This document shows, one piece after another, positions 49,335-62,276 of a stretch of 64,000 nucleotides of DNA (positions are counted from its first letter, which is position 1; every line of letters starts with the position of its first letter). Made by a program: the position numbers and the translations under genes. Under the pieces are notes generated by a model. That model had not been told where the DNA came from and did not search any database. It saw only the letters and a list, made by a program, of their open reading frames with translations. Origin of the DNA: Laetmonice hystrix (lineage: Eukaryota); the NCBI GenBank assembly GCA_965235115.1, contig OZ249436.1:1552001-1616000 (forward strand). Direction: 5' to 3'.

Positions 49335-50709
49335 TCAAGGGATTCGTCGGCTGGCTCGTTCTCCTCCGAAACGTCGGCTGGGTCGTTCTTCTCCATCTCC
49401 TCCGAAACGTCGGCTGGGTCGTTCTTCTCCATCTCCACCGAAACGTCGGCTGGGTCGTTCTTCTCCATCTCCACCGAAACGTCGGCTGGGTCGCTGTTCT
49501 CCATCTCCCCCGAAACGTCGGCTGGGTCGTTCTTCTCCATCTCCACCGAAACGTCCACTGCGAGGTCGCTCCTGTCCATCGCCACGTCGGCAAGGACCCC
49601 TGGCAGGCAGGATCTCTTCGAGGTCACACCCCTGGTTGTCATCCTCTTCATCATCCAGGATAGAATCCTCATCATCTTCCTCATCCTCGCCCTCATCTTC
49701 CTCATCTTGCTCGTCACCGAATGGGTCAGTAGACTCCTCGTCCTCCTCCGAGGATGATCCAAACCATGGGTTCTCGGGAACACAGATGGACAGCTCGATG
49801 TCAGACCTCGAACGTCGCAGCTGTACACAGCTCAGGTCTCCCGGACAGGCTTTCTCTACAAGTGTTTCTCCAGTCGTTCTGTTCACCTTCTTGCATACCT
49901 GAGGAGGAAAGAGATGACGATTAAAATGAATGCATGTACTTGGCACAGGATAATGTATAATGACGTGTTTACCTAATGCTAAGTACATGTATATAAAAGG
50001 CTAGAATATTCTGACTCTCTGGCAACTGCATGGGAATAGGCTTAAATCCGTGGATTGGGTTAATCCTGAGACTAATTCTGTTCTTGCATAAGGCTAAAAT
50101 ATAATTTCCTGAAAAATAATGTGGGGTGGGCAGAACCCCTAAAATGTGCCTCTCTTCCCGAACCCCTGGATCCTCCACTGATATCGGTAAGTTCGCTTTC
50201 AGTGTTATCTCATTGTTATAGTCAGTTGATAAAATTAGCGCCATGGGGCACTAGGTTTGTTTTATAATGTCTCATGAGCAACAATGAATTAAGCGTCTAA
50301 CGAAGCTGGAAATACGCCCTACCTGTGGCTTGCAGACGTGGATTTCTAGATCTCCAAAGGGGCCCTTCTTGTTGATTGGAGAGCAGGTCAGGTTCCGTGG
50401 ACAGGTTGTTTCACATAGCACAACGTCTGAGGTAATGTTCTTCACAAGGCACCCCATGGGTCGGTGATGATGGCGGTGACCGGCCCGAGGGAACCTGTGC
50501 CGGTCAGACTCCCCGGCGTCCTGCTCATCACCCCGGCTAGGCCGGCCACCCTGTGAGGGCGATCCCCGGCGACCTCCCAGCCGGCCTCCCGCCGGCGGTG
50601 GCCCCGGCCGCCTCCCCGGCCTCCCTCCCCGGGGTCGGCCCGAGACGTCGTAGATGGCCAGTATCACCAGCACCGCCGCTATCAAACAAACTACCAACGT
50701 CAACTTCAT
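49335..50709 (-). CDS. secreted repeat protein, copy 4 (316 aa, 5 repeats)
   Basis: exons 50709-50323 and 49898-49335. Confidence 0.88.
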
Positions 50710-52235
50710 CTTCTGGAAACCAAACAGTGGCACTTAGTACATTTGTAATAATATTATCTGACGTACAAACAGTGGTAGGCCTACATAATTACGACGTGAC
50801 CCATTAACCCATAAAAACATTGGCACATCTGTGTTCCGGTATCCCCTGGCCTTGGTTCGTTTAGACGTGAACTAAAAGTTAAGGCCTAAGTTAGGCCTAC
50901 ATGTCAGGGGGAAAGACGGTCAACGTATCACTGAAGCCTATAGAATGTAACTAATGTTAAGTAAATGAAATGATAAATGAAAAGCTCTATTTAACTTACC
51001 GAAAGTGTTCCTCAGCTGGCCTGAAGCAAGTTATGATCGGTACTGTGGCAGTAGCAGAGTTGTACTTGCTGACGTCTATTCGTGCTGAGCTCAGTTCTCG
51101 TTCACTTGGACTGTTTGATGTCAACTGATGGTGGTGTGGCCGTTATATTCCCTGAGAGTCTAGAAATCGTGATCACCTCCGTGACGTCACTGGCTGCGAG
51201 GGGTTTGTTTGAGGCCACAGATCTGCTGACGGCATGACACACGCGTGGAGGGGCAGTCGACCGTGACGTCTGGAGTATGTACACACCTAGGTTTGCTGCA
51301 TCTAAATGCTGGGTTTAATACTATTTTTAGATCTACCCCCTGTCACGACGATGTATGATCCATGATTCCTTGAAGCGATCAATACAGGGCCTGCTGTTTT
51401 TACTATCCTCATACCATTCACAGAGCTATTTCTGGAGGTTCCATGACGTTCCAAATGATGTTTCATATGTTAGGGGAAATGTGTAACGAATCGTACACAA
51501 TGTTCGCGGACTGCCTCACTGACGTGTGGCGGGGAGTGTACCTACGTTACTCACGTTATTTTAATTATGTACATTGAACGTCATTAAATTATCTTCAAGA
51601 TTATTCCATGTGCCTTACAGCAAATCGGTCATTGCCTTAATTGTATTGAAGGTGTACAGAGAAGGTAGGTTTCTGGAAGGGCCCTATAATCACCCCACCC
51701 CTAGAAATCAAAGACAGTTCAGACCAGTCAGACAAGAGAATGGTGGAATGGAGCAGCCAGTTGTATGCCATACTGTTCCCAGACAAAATCGATCCTAACA
51801 ATCATTGTCAAGACAAGTGGACAATACCTGAATTACCCGGCGGCTGCTCAGTGCTACCACTCTGGATTGACCCAACAATTAGTATCGAATCCTTGGAGAA
51901 AAACAAATGAAAGTTGTTTGGAAAAAGTAGGTATTTAGGTTGGGTTTAGATGATTTTGTTACCTTTTTAGGCCAGTTTTGAGCAAGTTTCAAGGAGCGCT
52001 GTATGTGGTGCTGTCGGAGATGTGACTGATGTGGCCACAGTTCTGCATTTATTACTGTGTCTCCTTTTCTCACCGAAAGTACACAACATAGCTTCTCTAT
52101 ACGCTGGTTGCAAAGACTAATTGATAGGGGGACGTAAGAAAAGATATGAGTCATGGCAGGAGGGGTCAAATATATTACTCTACGGTTTAAGGATACAGAG
52201 ACACAACAAGTATCGAATCTCTTGGGACAGAGTGT

Positions 52236-52251
52236 GGCCCTGACAAGGGCC
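52236..52251 (-). terminator. histone-type stem-loop, copy 9
   Basis: GGCCCTTGTCAGGGCC + CAAGAGA. Confidence 0.75.
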
Positions 52252-52281
52252 GTGTAGGTTTGTGTGAGAGAATGGTTCTCT

Positions 52282-52602
52282 TCACTGGTGCTGGTAGTCA
52301 TGGCCCTCGTACACCTCGGCCCAGTCGACCTGAAACTCCTCCATGAGGCGGTCCTGCATATCGTCCAGGAGGTCGGCACGGCTGTTGGCGTACTCCCAGA
52401 ACATGTTCCTCACCCCCTCCAGGGTGACCAGACGGAGCCGGTTGTGGTAGCGGAAGGAGCGGCGGTTCTTGCGGACGGCACGGTCGTATTTGGTCTTCAT
52501 TTCCTTGATACGATTGTTAAGGAGAATGAGTTGTTGACAGGCCACCTTGAACTTGCGGTCCATCTGGCGCATCTCAGAGATGAGTTTTTCAACCGTAGCC
52601 AT
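52282..52602 (-). CDS. intronless 106-aa coiled-coil protein, copy 9 (type A)
   Basis: intact paralogous ORF. Confidence 0.85.
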   Translation of the reverse strand: MATVEKLISEMRQMDRKFKVACQQLILLNNRIKEMKTKYDRAVRKNRRSFRYHNRLRLVTLEGVRNMFWEYANSRADLLDDMQDRLMEEFQVDWAEVYEGHDYQHQ

Positions 52603-52833
52603 GACTGTATTAAGATATGCTGGGGAATGGTTGCACGCTGATGGCTGAACGAAGTATGTTTCCAAGTCGTCCTAGTGCCGGTTATATATGGTGGGAAAGA
52701 GTGAGTGTGGAGGTGAGTGTTGATGGCAAGAGGAGGTTATTTGTGAGGTGTGATAACGGGTGCTCACTCTGACCTAGTCGCTTAGCTTTGACACCTTACA
52801 AAGGTGTCAGACGCTGTAGTCCTGAGATCATGG

Positions 52834-52883
<50 letters not shown>

Positions 52884-53020
52884 CTCCTCACTCATTCTTT
52901 CTCTCTCTTTCTCTCTCTTTCCCTCTCCCTGTCTGTCTCTCTCTCCCCTTATCTCTCTCTCTCTCATTCCCTCTCTCTCATTCTCTCCCCCTATCTCTTT
53001 CTCTCAATCCCTCTCTCTCA

Positions 53021-53056
<36 letters not shown>

Positions 53057-54199
53057 ACTCATTCTCTCTCTCTCTCTTTCTCTCTCTCCTTCTCTCTCCC
53101 TGTCTGTCTCTCTCTCCCCCTATCTCTCTCTCTCATTCCCTCTCTCTCTCACTCTCTCCCCTATCTCTTTCTCTCAATCCCTCTCTCTCCTTCTCTCTCT
53201 CTCTCTTTCTCTCACATGCTGATGCATGAAGCCAGTAATACTCCTCTACCAACAGTAGGGCCTATGTTCAGCGTGGCCTCATATAATGTTATTTTTTAAT
53301 GCTGGGGGAATCTGTCTTAATTCCTCTTACTTCCATAGCAATCCCTCCGTCAGAGGGCCTCGCGGTATTCCGCCCGTGTAGTTTATGCCCACTCCGTAAG
53401 AGGGCGACTAAGTACGTGACCATGTGGCTCCCTCTCCTTGTAGACTGACAGATTTCAGGTGGCTAGTAGGCCTATACTGTCCGTAGCCTGCGGGGGGAGG
53501 GGGGAGGGGGCAGCCGTCCTTGGATATCCAGTTTAAAATAATAATTATGGCGCTGGATCCCCAAAATTGACACTGGAATTGACACGCTAGTACTTCTTCA
53601 CGAGGCACTGCCCTCCTACGTATTTGGGCCAGACTACGGCCCTGCTATATTTGTTTTTTCCTCCCTATTTTGCGATAAAGGCGTCATGTGTGAACATGTT
53701 TGTTTTCTGCATTAGTCTGATATAGTATAGTTTCAATATGATTAGGATAAGAAATATGTTTGAGGTGTTTTAAAGTTTTATTCTTGAAGCGTAATTTTCA
53801 CCCCCTCCCCCAGTTTAGTTTAGTGCTTTAGCTGCAACACGTGGAATCCAAATAGAACAGCCTTGTAGCAATGCATAGAAAAGGACTGGACGCTGTTCAA
53901 GAGTAGCAAGTGGACAGACAGATGGATGGGTTCATAAAGAGTTTAATAGCAATGAGTTTCATATTTTACGGGAATATTTGAGACAGTTTTTGGCAATATT
54001 ATATGCAGCCACAATGGGATTTTTCTTTTTCAAACATTGCCAGATAATGTGTTTCTCTTTCTACGCAGCAAAGAATGATTCATGGGGGAAGGAAGAAAAG
54101 ACAAGATTGGAGTCATAGTAGAAGGGGGTCAAAATATGTTACTCTATGGTTTAAGGATAGAGAGACACAACAGGTATCGAATCTCTTGAGACAGAGTGT

Positions 54200-54215
54200 G
54201 GCCCTGAGAAGGGCC
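54200..54215 (-). terminator. histone-type stem-loop, copy 10 (loop variant TCTC)
   Basis: GGCCCT-TCTC-AGGGCC + CAAGAGA. Confidence 0.75.
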
Positions 54216-54245
54216 GTGTAGGTTTGTGTGAGAGAATGGTTCTCT

Positions 54246-54566
54246 TCACTGGTGCTGGTCGTCCTCATCCTCGCACACCTCCTCCCAGTCGACCTGAAAC
54301 TCCTCCATGAGGCGGTCCTGCATATCGTCTAGGAGGTCAGCACGGCTGTTGGCGTACTCCCAGAACATGTTCCTCACTCCCTCCAGGGTGACCAGACGGA
54401 GACGGTTGTGGTAGCGGAAGGAGCGGCGGTTCTTGCGGACGGCACGGTCGTGTTTGGTCCTCGTGTCCCTGATACGGTTGTTGAGGAGATTGATTTGCTG
54501 ACAGGCCACCTGGAACTTGCGGTCCATCTGGCGCATCTCAGAGATGAGTTTATCAACTGGAGCCAT
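54246..54566 (-). CDS. intronless 106-aa coiled-coil protein, copy 10 (divergent/mosaic: RIRDTRTKHDR)
   Basis: intact ORF; B-type TATA region with an A-type 5' leader. Confidence 0.85.
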   Translation of the reverse strand: MAPVDKLISEMRQMDRKFQVACQQINLLNNRIRDTRTKHDRAVRKNRRSFRYHNRLRLVTLEGVRNMFWEYANSRADLLDDMQDRLMEEFQVDWEEVCEDEDDQHQ

Positions 54567-55982
54567 GACTGTAGTAAGATATGCTGGGGAATGGTTGCAC
54601 GCTGAAGGCTGAACAAAGTATGTTTCCAAGTAATCGCAGTATCGATTTTATATCGCGTTGGGAAGAGTGAGTGTGGAGGTGAGTGTTGATGGCAAGAGAA
54701 GGTTATTTGTGAGGTGTGATAACGGGTGCTTACTCGGACCAAATCTCTCAGCTTTGACACCTGACAAAGGTGTCAGACGCTGTAGTGCTGTGAGAAATAA
54801 GTTCATTGTTTTATATTATAACGGATTTCATAGGCGTCCCAGGGGAGCGGAGTGGGCGAGGGTGCGAACGCCCCCCGGCCAATAGTGCCCCTAAAATGTT
54901 CAAGATTCATTGGTGCAAAAGGTATCAAAACGGAGGCTAGTAGTTCTGTCCTGACCAGGTGGCAACTGAAGTCGAATTTGATCTATCCTTTGGAAATCCT
55001 GGGAACGCCTTTGGACTTGTCTTCTGGCCTAAAACCTGAAGGAGTCTGAACTTTAGTTGCTTTGTAATAATATATCTATGTGATATGGCTTTTCCTAAAT
55101 ATTATGATTGAATAGGTTGAATATGACACGGACACTGTTAATTTTCTTTGTTAGTGTATAATATCACTCGATTTGTGATAACTGTTGGGTTGGTGACGAG
55201 TAGAAAATAGTCGGTCGGTTCAGGATTTTTCTTCTTGGACGAGCCCTAGCTAAATACCTATGAGGGCCAGATCTAGGAATGTCTGGAGAACTGAGAAGGG
55301 CGCTAACCGTGCATTAATCCAAGCCATCAAAACCATAAATCAACACTTCAGCTAAATGAAGAAGTTTATTTCATTTCATTAAGAGTCACATTCTTGTAGT
55401 TGAGCGTCATACAAGACAATATTACTTTGGTTTGTTCGAGACATATTTACAAACATCAGACCAACTCCCAAAACAACGTTATCGGTTTACTCACTTGGTT
55501 AACATGTAGCGATCCTTTGAACATGTTTGTATGTACATAGGAATGACCCTTACCTTTAAGAGATCAATACATTTGTACATGCATAGAACTACAGTAGTCG
55601 ACAACTGTGCATGCGACCAGCGCATACTGAATAACGGAGTTGACATTATATAAATGAAGCAGATTGCTATGTCAAGGAAACGAGAGATCTGATATCAATT
55701 TTTATAACAATATGTACACGTACTAGACAATAAGTCCTATTTTCATTAGATTTCGGTTTTAATTTTCCTTAATAGCTATGTCTACAGGACTCCAGCCAGC
55801 TCCTTGATTTGTGCGTGATGATGAAGTGAGATTAGTTACACATTCTCCGCCAGGGAGGAAGTTTTTCCATCTCTCATGTCTGAGAAACCATCACCGAGAG
55901 ATCGAGTTTCTTTAGCTCGAGTTGTGACTACCTGAGCGTCCTTCAACGTGGTTCACTCCTGTTCCCATTCTGAAGGGATCAT

Positions 55983-57399
55983 TCAAGGGATTCGTCGGCT
56001 GGGTCGTTCTCCTCCGAAACGTCGGCTGGGTCGTTCTTCTCCATCTCCACCGAAACGTCGGCTGGGTCGCTGTTCTCCATCTCCACCGAAACGTCGGCTG
56101 GGTCGCTGTTCTCCATCTCCTCCGAAACGTCGGCTGGGTCGCTGTTCTCCATCTCCTCCGAAACGTCGGCTGGGTCGCTGTTCTCCATCTCCACCGAAAC
56201 GTCGGCTGGGTCGCTGTTCTCCATCTCCTCCGAAACGTCCACTGCGAGGTCGCTCCTGCCCATCGCCACGTCGGCCAGGACCCCTGGCAGGCAGGATCTC
56301 TTTGAGGTCACACTCCTGGTTGTCATCCTCTTCATCATCCAGGATAGAATCCTCATCATCTTCCTCATCCTCGCCCTCATCTTCCTCATCTTGCTCGTCA
56401 CCGAATGGGTCAATAGACTCCTCGTCCTCCTCCGAGGATGATCCAAACCATGGGTTCTCAGGAACACAGATGGACAGCTCGATGTCAGACCTCGAACGTC
56501 GCAGCTGTACACAGCTCAGGTCTCCCGGGCAGGCTTTCTCTACAAGTGTTTCTCCAGTCGTTCTGTTCACCTTCTTGCATACCTGAGGAGAAAAGAGATG
56601 ACGATTAAAATAAATGCATGTACTTGGCATAGTGAGGATAATGACGTGTTGACCTAATGCTAACTGAATGACATATACATGTATATAAAAGGCTAGAATA
56701 TTCTGACTTTCTGGCAACTTCATGGGAATAGGCGTAAATCCATGGGTTGGGTTAATCCCGAGGCTAATTCAGTTCTTGCATACGGCTAAAAGTTCCTGAA
56801 AAATAATCCGCGGGTTGGGCCCCCAGAACCCCTAAAAATGTGCCTCTCTTCCCGAACCCCTGGATCCTCCACTGATATCGGTAAGTTCGCTTTGTTCGCT
56901 CATTGTTATAGTCAGTTGATAAAATTAGCGCCATGTGGCACTAGCTTTGTTTTATAATCTCTCATGAACAACAATGAATTAAGCGTCTAACGAAGCTGGA
57001 AATACGCCCTACCTGTGGCTTGCAGACGTGGATTTCTAGATCCCCAAAGGGGCCCTTCTTGTTGATTGGAGAGCAGGTCAGATTCCGTGGACAGGTTGTT
57101 TCACATAGCACAACGTCTGAGGTAATGTTCTTCACAAGGCACCCCATGGGTCGGTGATGATGGCGGTGACCGGGCCGAGGGAACCTGTGCCGGTCAGACT
57201 CCCCGGCGTCCTGCTCATCACCCCGGCTAGGCCGGCCACCCTGTGAGGGCGATCCCCGGCGGCCTCCCAGCCGACCTCCCGCCGGCGGTGGCCCCGGCCG
57301 CCTCCCCGGCCTCCCTCCCCGGGGTCGGCCCGAGACGTCGTGGATGGTCAGTATCACCAGCACCGCCGCTATCAAACAAACTACCAACGTCGACTTCAT
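55983..57399 (-). CDS. secreted repeat protein, copy 5 (328 aa, 6 repeats)
   Basis: exons 57399-57013 and 56582-55983. Confidence 0.88.
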
Positions 57400-58779
57400 C
57401 TTCTGGAATACAAACAGTTAACAGTGAAGCATACATTTGTACAATAATATTATCTGACGTACGGTGTCCCCATACAAACAGTGGTACATGAGTTATACGG
57501 TGTAACCCATTAACCCATACAAACAGTGGCACATCTGAGTTACGCTATCCTCTGGCCTTGGTTCGTTTAGACGTGAACTAAAAGTTAAGGCCTTTAGGCC
57601 TACATGTCAGGGGGGAAGACGATCAACGTATCACTGAAGCCTATAGAATGTAATTAATGTTAAGAAAATGAAATAATAAATGAAAAGCTCTATTTAACTT
57701 ACCGAAAGTGTTCCTCAGCTGGCCTGAAGCAAGTTATGATCGATACTGCGGCAGTAGCAGAGTTGTACTTGCTGACGTCTATTCGTGCTGAGCTCAGTTC
57801 TCGTTCGCTTGGACTGTTTGATGTCAACTGATGGTGGTGTGGCCGTTATATACCCTGAGATTCTAGAAATCGTGATCACCTTTGTGACGTCAATGGTTGG
57901 AAAGGGGTTTGTTTAAGGTCACAGGTCTGCGGACGGCATGATACACCCGTCGAGGCGCAGTCAACCGTGACGTCTGGAGTATGTGTACACCTAGGTTTGA
58001 TGTATCCTAATGCTGGGTTCAATCCTATTTTTAGATCTACCCCTCTCACGACGGCATCGTCCATTGAGGCTATCAATACACGTCAGGACCTACGACATTA
58101 TTTTTACTTTCATTATATTATTCATGGAGCTATTTCTGGAGGTTCCATGACGTCAGGCTTAAAAAAATGTTTAATGTTAGCAAAAATGTGTAAAGAATCG
58201 TCTACAATATTGTACACAAAAGGTAGGGTTCTGGAAGGGTCCTATAATCACCCCACCCCTAGAAATCAAAGACAGTTCAGACCAGTCAGACAATGGATGG
58301 GTGGAATGGAGCAGCCATACTGTTCCCAGACAAAATCGATCCTAACAATCATTGTTAAGACAAGTGGACAATACCTGAATTACCCAGTGGCTTCTCAGTG
58401 CTACCACTCTGGATTGACCCAATAAATATTGAATCCTTGGAGAAGACCAAATCAAAATTCTATGGAAAAAGTAGATATTTAGGTTGGCTTCCGAGGATTT
58501 TGTTACCTTTTTAGGCAAGTTTTCAGCAAGTTTTAAGGAGCGCTGTATGTGGTTCTGTCGGAGATGTGACTGCTGTGGCCACAGTTCTGCATTTATTACT
58601 GTGTCTCCTTTTCTCACCGAAAGTACACAACATAGCTTCTCTATACGCTGGTTGCAAAGAATGTTTGATAGGGGACGTAAGAAAAGATTGGAGTCAAGGC
58701 AGAAGGGGGTCAAATATATTACTCTACGGTTTAAGGATTGAGAGACACAACAAGTGTCAAATCTCTTGAGACAGAGTGT

Positions 58780-58795
58780 GGCCCTGACAAGGGCC
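58780..58795 (-). terminator. histone-type stem-loop, copy 11
   Basis: GGCCCTTGTCAGGGCC + CAAGAGA. Confidence 0.75.
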
Positions 58796-58825
58796 GTGTA
58801 GGTTTGTGTGAGAGAATGGTTCTCT

Positions 58826-59146
58826 TCACTGGTGCTGGTCGTCATCGCCCTCGTACACCTCGGCCCAGTCGACCTGAAACTCCTCCATGAGGCGGTCCTG
58901 CATATCGTCCAGGAGGTCGGCACGGCTGTTAGCGTACTCCCAGAACATGTTCCTCACCCCCTCCAGGGTGACCAGACGGAGCCGGTTGTGGTAGCGGAAG
59001 GAGCGGCGGTTCTTGCGGACGGCACGGTCGTGTTTGGTCTTCATTTCCTTGATACGGTTGTTGAGGAGAATGAGTTGCTGACAGGCCACCTTGAACTTGC
59101 GGTCCATCTGGCGCATCTCTGAGATGAGTTTATCAACTGTAGCCAT
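58826..59146 (-). CDS. intronless 106-aa coiled-coil protein, copy 11 (type A, MATVDK)
   Basis: intact paralogous ORF. Confidence 0.85.
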   Translation of the reverse strand: MATVDKLISEMRQMDRKFKVACQQLILLNNRIKEMKTKHDRAVRKNRRSFRYHNRLRLVTLEGVRNMFWEYANSRADLLDDMQDRLMEEFQVDWAEVYEGDDDQHQ

Positions 59147-60432
59147 GACTGTAGTAAGATATGCTGGAGAATGGTTGCACGCTGAAGGCTGAACGAAGTA
59201 TGTTTCCAAGTAGTCCTAGTGCCGGTTATATATGGTGGGAAAGAGTGAGTGTGGAGGTGAGTGTTGATGGCGAGAGGAGGTTATCTGTGAGGTGTGATAA
59301 CGGGTGCTCACTCTGACCTAGTTGCTCAGCTTTGACACCTGACAAAGGTGTCAGACGCTGTAGGCTGAGATCTTATCCGCCTCTGTCTCTCTCTCTCTCT
59401 GTCTCTTTGTCTCTTTCTCTCTCTCTCTCTCTGTCTCTTTCTCTCTCTCTCTATCTCTCTGTCTGTCCCTCTCACATGGTGATGTACCAAGTTTTCAGGT
59501 ATATTAGCCAGTAAGTGCCCTCTACCAACAGTAGGGCCTATAACCAATTCAGTGTGACCTCATATAATGGCCGTTATTTTTTAATCCTGGAGGAATCTGT
59601 CTTAATTCCCCTTACTTCCATAGCAATCCCTCCGTCAGAGGGCCTCGCGGTATTCCACCGATGTAGTTATACCCACTCCGTAAGAGGGCGACGTGACCCT
59701 GTGGCCCCCTCTTCTTGCAGGCTGACAGATTTCAGGTGGCTAGTATACAGGTCTGTATAGCCCGCGGGGGGAGGGGGAGGGGGCAACCCTCCTTGGATAT
59801 CCAGTTTAAAATAATTATTATGGGGCTGGATCCCCAAAATTGACACTGGAATTGACACCTAGTACTACAGCCCTGCTTTATTTGTTTTTTCCTCCCTATT
59901 TTGCGATAAAGGCTTCATGTGTGAACTTTTTTTTTCTGCATTAGTCTGATATAGTATAGTTTCAATAAAATTAGGATAATGAATATGTCTGAGGTGTTTT
60001 AAAGTTGTATTCTTGAAGCGTAATTTTCACCCCCTCCCCCAGTTTAGTTTAGTGCTTTAGCTGCAACACGTGGAATCCAAATAGAACAGCCTTGTAGCAA
60101 TGCATAGAAAAGGACTGAACGCTGTTCAAGAGTGGCAAGTGGACAGACAGATGGATGGGTTCATAAAGAGTTTAATAGCAAAGAGTTTCTTATTTTACGG
60201 GAATATTTGAGACAGTTTTTGGCAATATTATATGCAGCCACAATGTGATTTTCCTTTTTCAAACATTGCCGGATAACGTGTTTCTCTTTCTACGCAGCTT
60301 GCAAAGAATGATTTATGGGGGAAGGAAGAAAAGACAAGATTGGAGTCATAGTAGAAGGGGGTCAAAATATGTTACTTTATAGTTTAAGGATAGAAAGACA
60401 CAACAAGTATCGACTCTCTTGAGACAGAGTGT

Positions 60433-60448
60433 GGCCCTGACAAGGGCC
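60433..60448 (-). terminator. histone-type stem-loop, copy 12
   Basis: GGCCCTTGTCAGGGCC + CAAGAGAG. Confidence 0.75.
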
Positions 60449-60478
60449 GTGTAGGTTTGTGTGAGAGAATGGTTCTCT

Positions 60479-60799
60479 TCACTGGTGCTGGTCGTCATCG
60501 CCCTCGCACACCTCGGCCCAGTCGACCTGAAACTCCTCCATGAGGCGGTCCTGCATATCGTCCAGGAGGTCGGCACGGCTGTTGGCGTGCTCCCAGAACA
60601 TGTTCCTCACTCCCTCCAGGGTGACCAGACGGAGCCGGTTGTGGTAGCGGAAGGAGCGGCGGTTCTTGCGGACGGCACGTTCGTGTTTGGTCTTCATTTC
60701 CTTGATACGTTTGTTGAGGAGATTGATTTGCTGACAGGCCACCTGGAACTTGCGGTCCATCTGGCGCATCTCTGAGATGAGTTTATCAACTGGAGCCAT
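60479..60799 (-). CDS. intronless 106-aa coiled-coil protein, copy 12 (type B)
   Basis: intact paralogous ORF. Confidence 0.85.
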   Translation of the reverse strand: MAPVDKLISEMRQMDRKFQVACQQINLLNKRIKEMKTKHERAVRKNRRSFRYHNRLRLVTLEGVRNMFWEHANSRADLLDDMQDRLMEEFQVDWAEVCEGDDDQHQ

Positions 60800-62276
60800 G
60801 ACTGTAGTAAAATATTTTGAGGGAATGATTGCACGCTGAAGGCTGAACAAAGTATGTTTCCAAGTAATCGCAGTATCGATTTTATATCGCGTTGTGAAGA
60901 GTGAGTGTGGAGGTGAGTGTTGATGGCAAGAGGAGGTTATTTGTGAGGTGTGATAACAGGTGCTTACTCTGACCATAGAGTCTATATTGACTCAATATAG
61001 ACTCTATGCTCTCACCTAATCGCTCAGCTTTGACACCTGACAAAGGTGTCAGACGCTGTAGTGCTGTGAGAAATAAGTTCATTGTTTTATATTATAACGG
61101 ATTTCATAGGCGTCCCAGGGGAGCGGAGTGGGCGAGGGTGCGAACGCCCCCCCCCCCCACCCCCCCACCCGGCCAACGGTGCCCCTAAAATGTTCAAGAT
61201 TCATTGGTGCAAAAGGTATCAAAACGGAGCCTGGTAGGTCTGTCCTGACCAGGTGGCACCTGGAGTCACATTCGATCCACCCTTTGGAAATCCTGGGAAC
61301 GTCTCTGGACTTATAGGCCTAAATCCTAAAGGAGTCTGACCTTTAGTTGCTTTGTAATAATATATCTATGTGATATAGCTTTTCTTAAATATTAAATTTC
61401 TTGAATAGGTTGAATATGGCACGGACACTGTTAATTTTCTTTGTTAATGTATAATATCACTTGATGTGTGATAACTGTTGGGTAGGTGACGAGTAGAAAA
61501 TAGTCGGTCGGTTCAGGATGTTTCTGCTTGGACGAGCCCTAGCTATATCTATCAGGGCCAGATCTAGGAATGTCTGGAGAACTGAGAGGGGCGCTAACCG
61601 TGCATTAATCCAAGCCATCAGAACCACAAATCAACACTTCAGCTAAATGAAGACGTTTATTTCATTACATTAAGGGTCACATTCTTGTAGTTGAGCGTCA
61701 CTTTAATACAAGACAATTACTTTGGTTTGTTTGAGACATGTTTACAAACATCAGACCTACTCCCAAAACAACGTTATCGGTTTACTCACTTGGTTAACAT
61801 GTTAACATCCTTTGAACATGTTTGTATGTAGATAGGAATGCCCCTTAACATTAAGAGATCAATACATTTGTAATGCATAGAACTACAGTAGTCGACAACT
61901 GTGAATGCGACCAGCGCATACTGAATCACGGAGTTGACATTATATAAATTAAGCAGATTGCTATGTCAAGGAAACGAGAGATGTGATATCAACTTTTATA
62001 ACAATATGTACACGTACTAGACAATAAGTCCTATTTTCATTGGATTTCTGTTTTAATTTTCCTTAATAGCTATGTCTACAGGACTCCAGCCAGCTCCTTG
62101 ATTTGTGCGTGATGATGAAGTGAGATTAGTAACACATTCTCCGCCAGGGAGGAAGTTTTTCAATCTCTCATGTCTGAGAAACCATCACCGAGAGATCGAG
62201 TTTCTTGATCTCGAGTTGTGACTACCTGAGCGTCCTTCAACGTGGTTCACTCCTGTTCCCATTCTGAAGGGATCAT

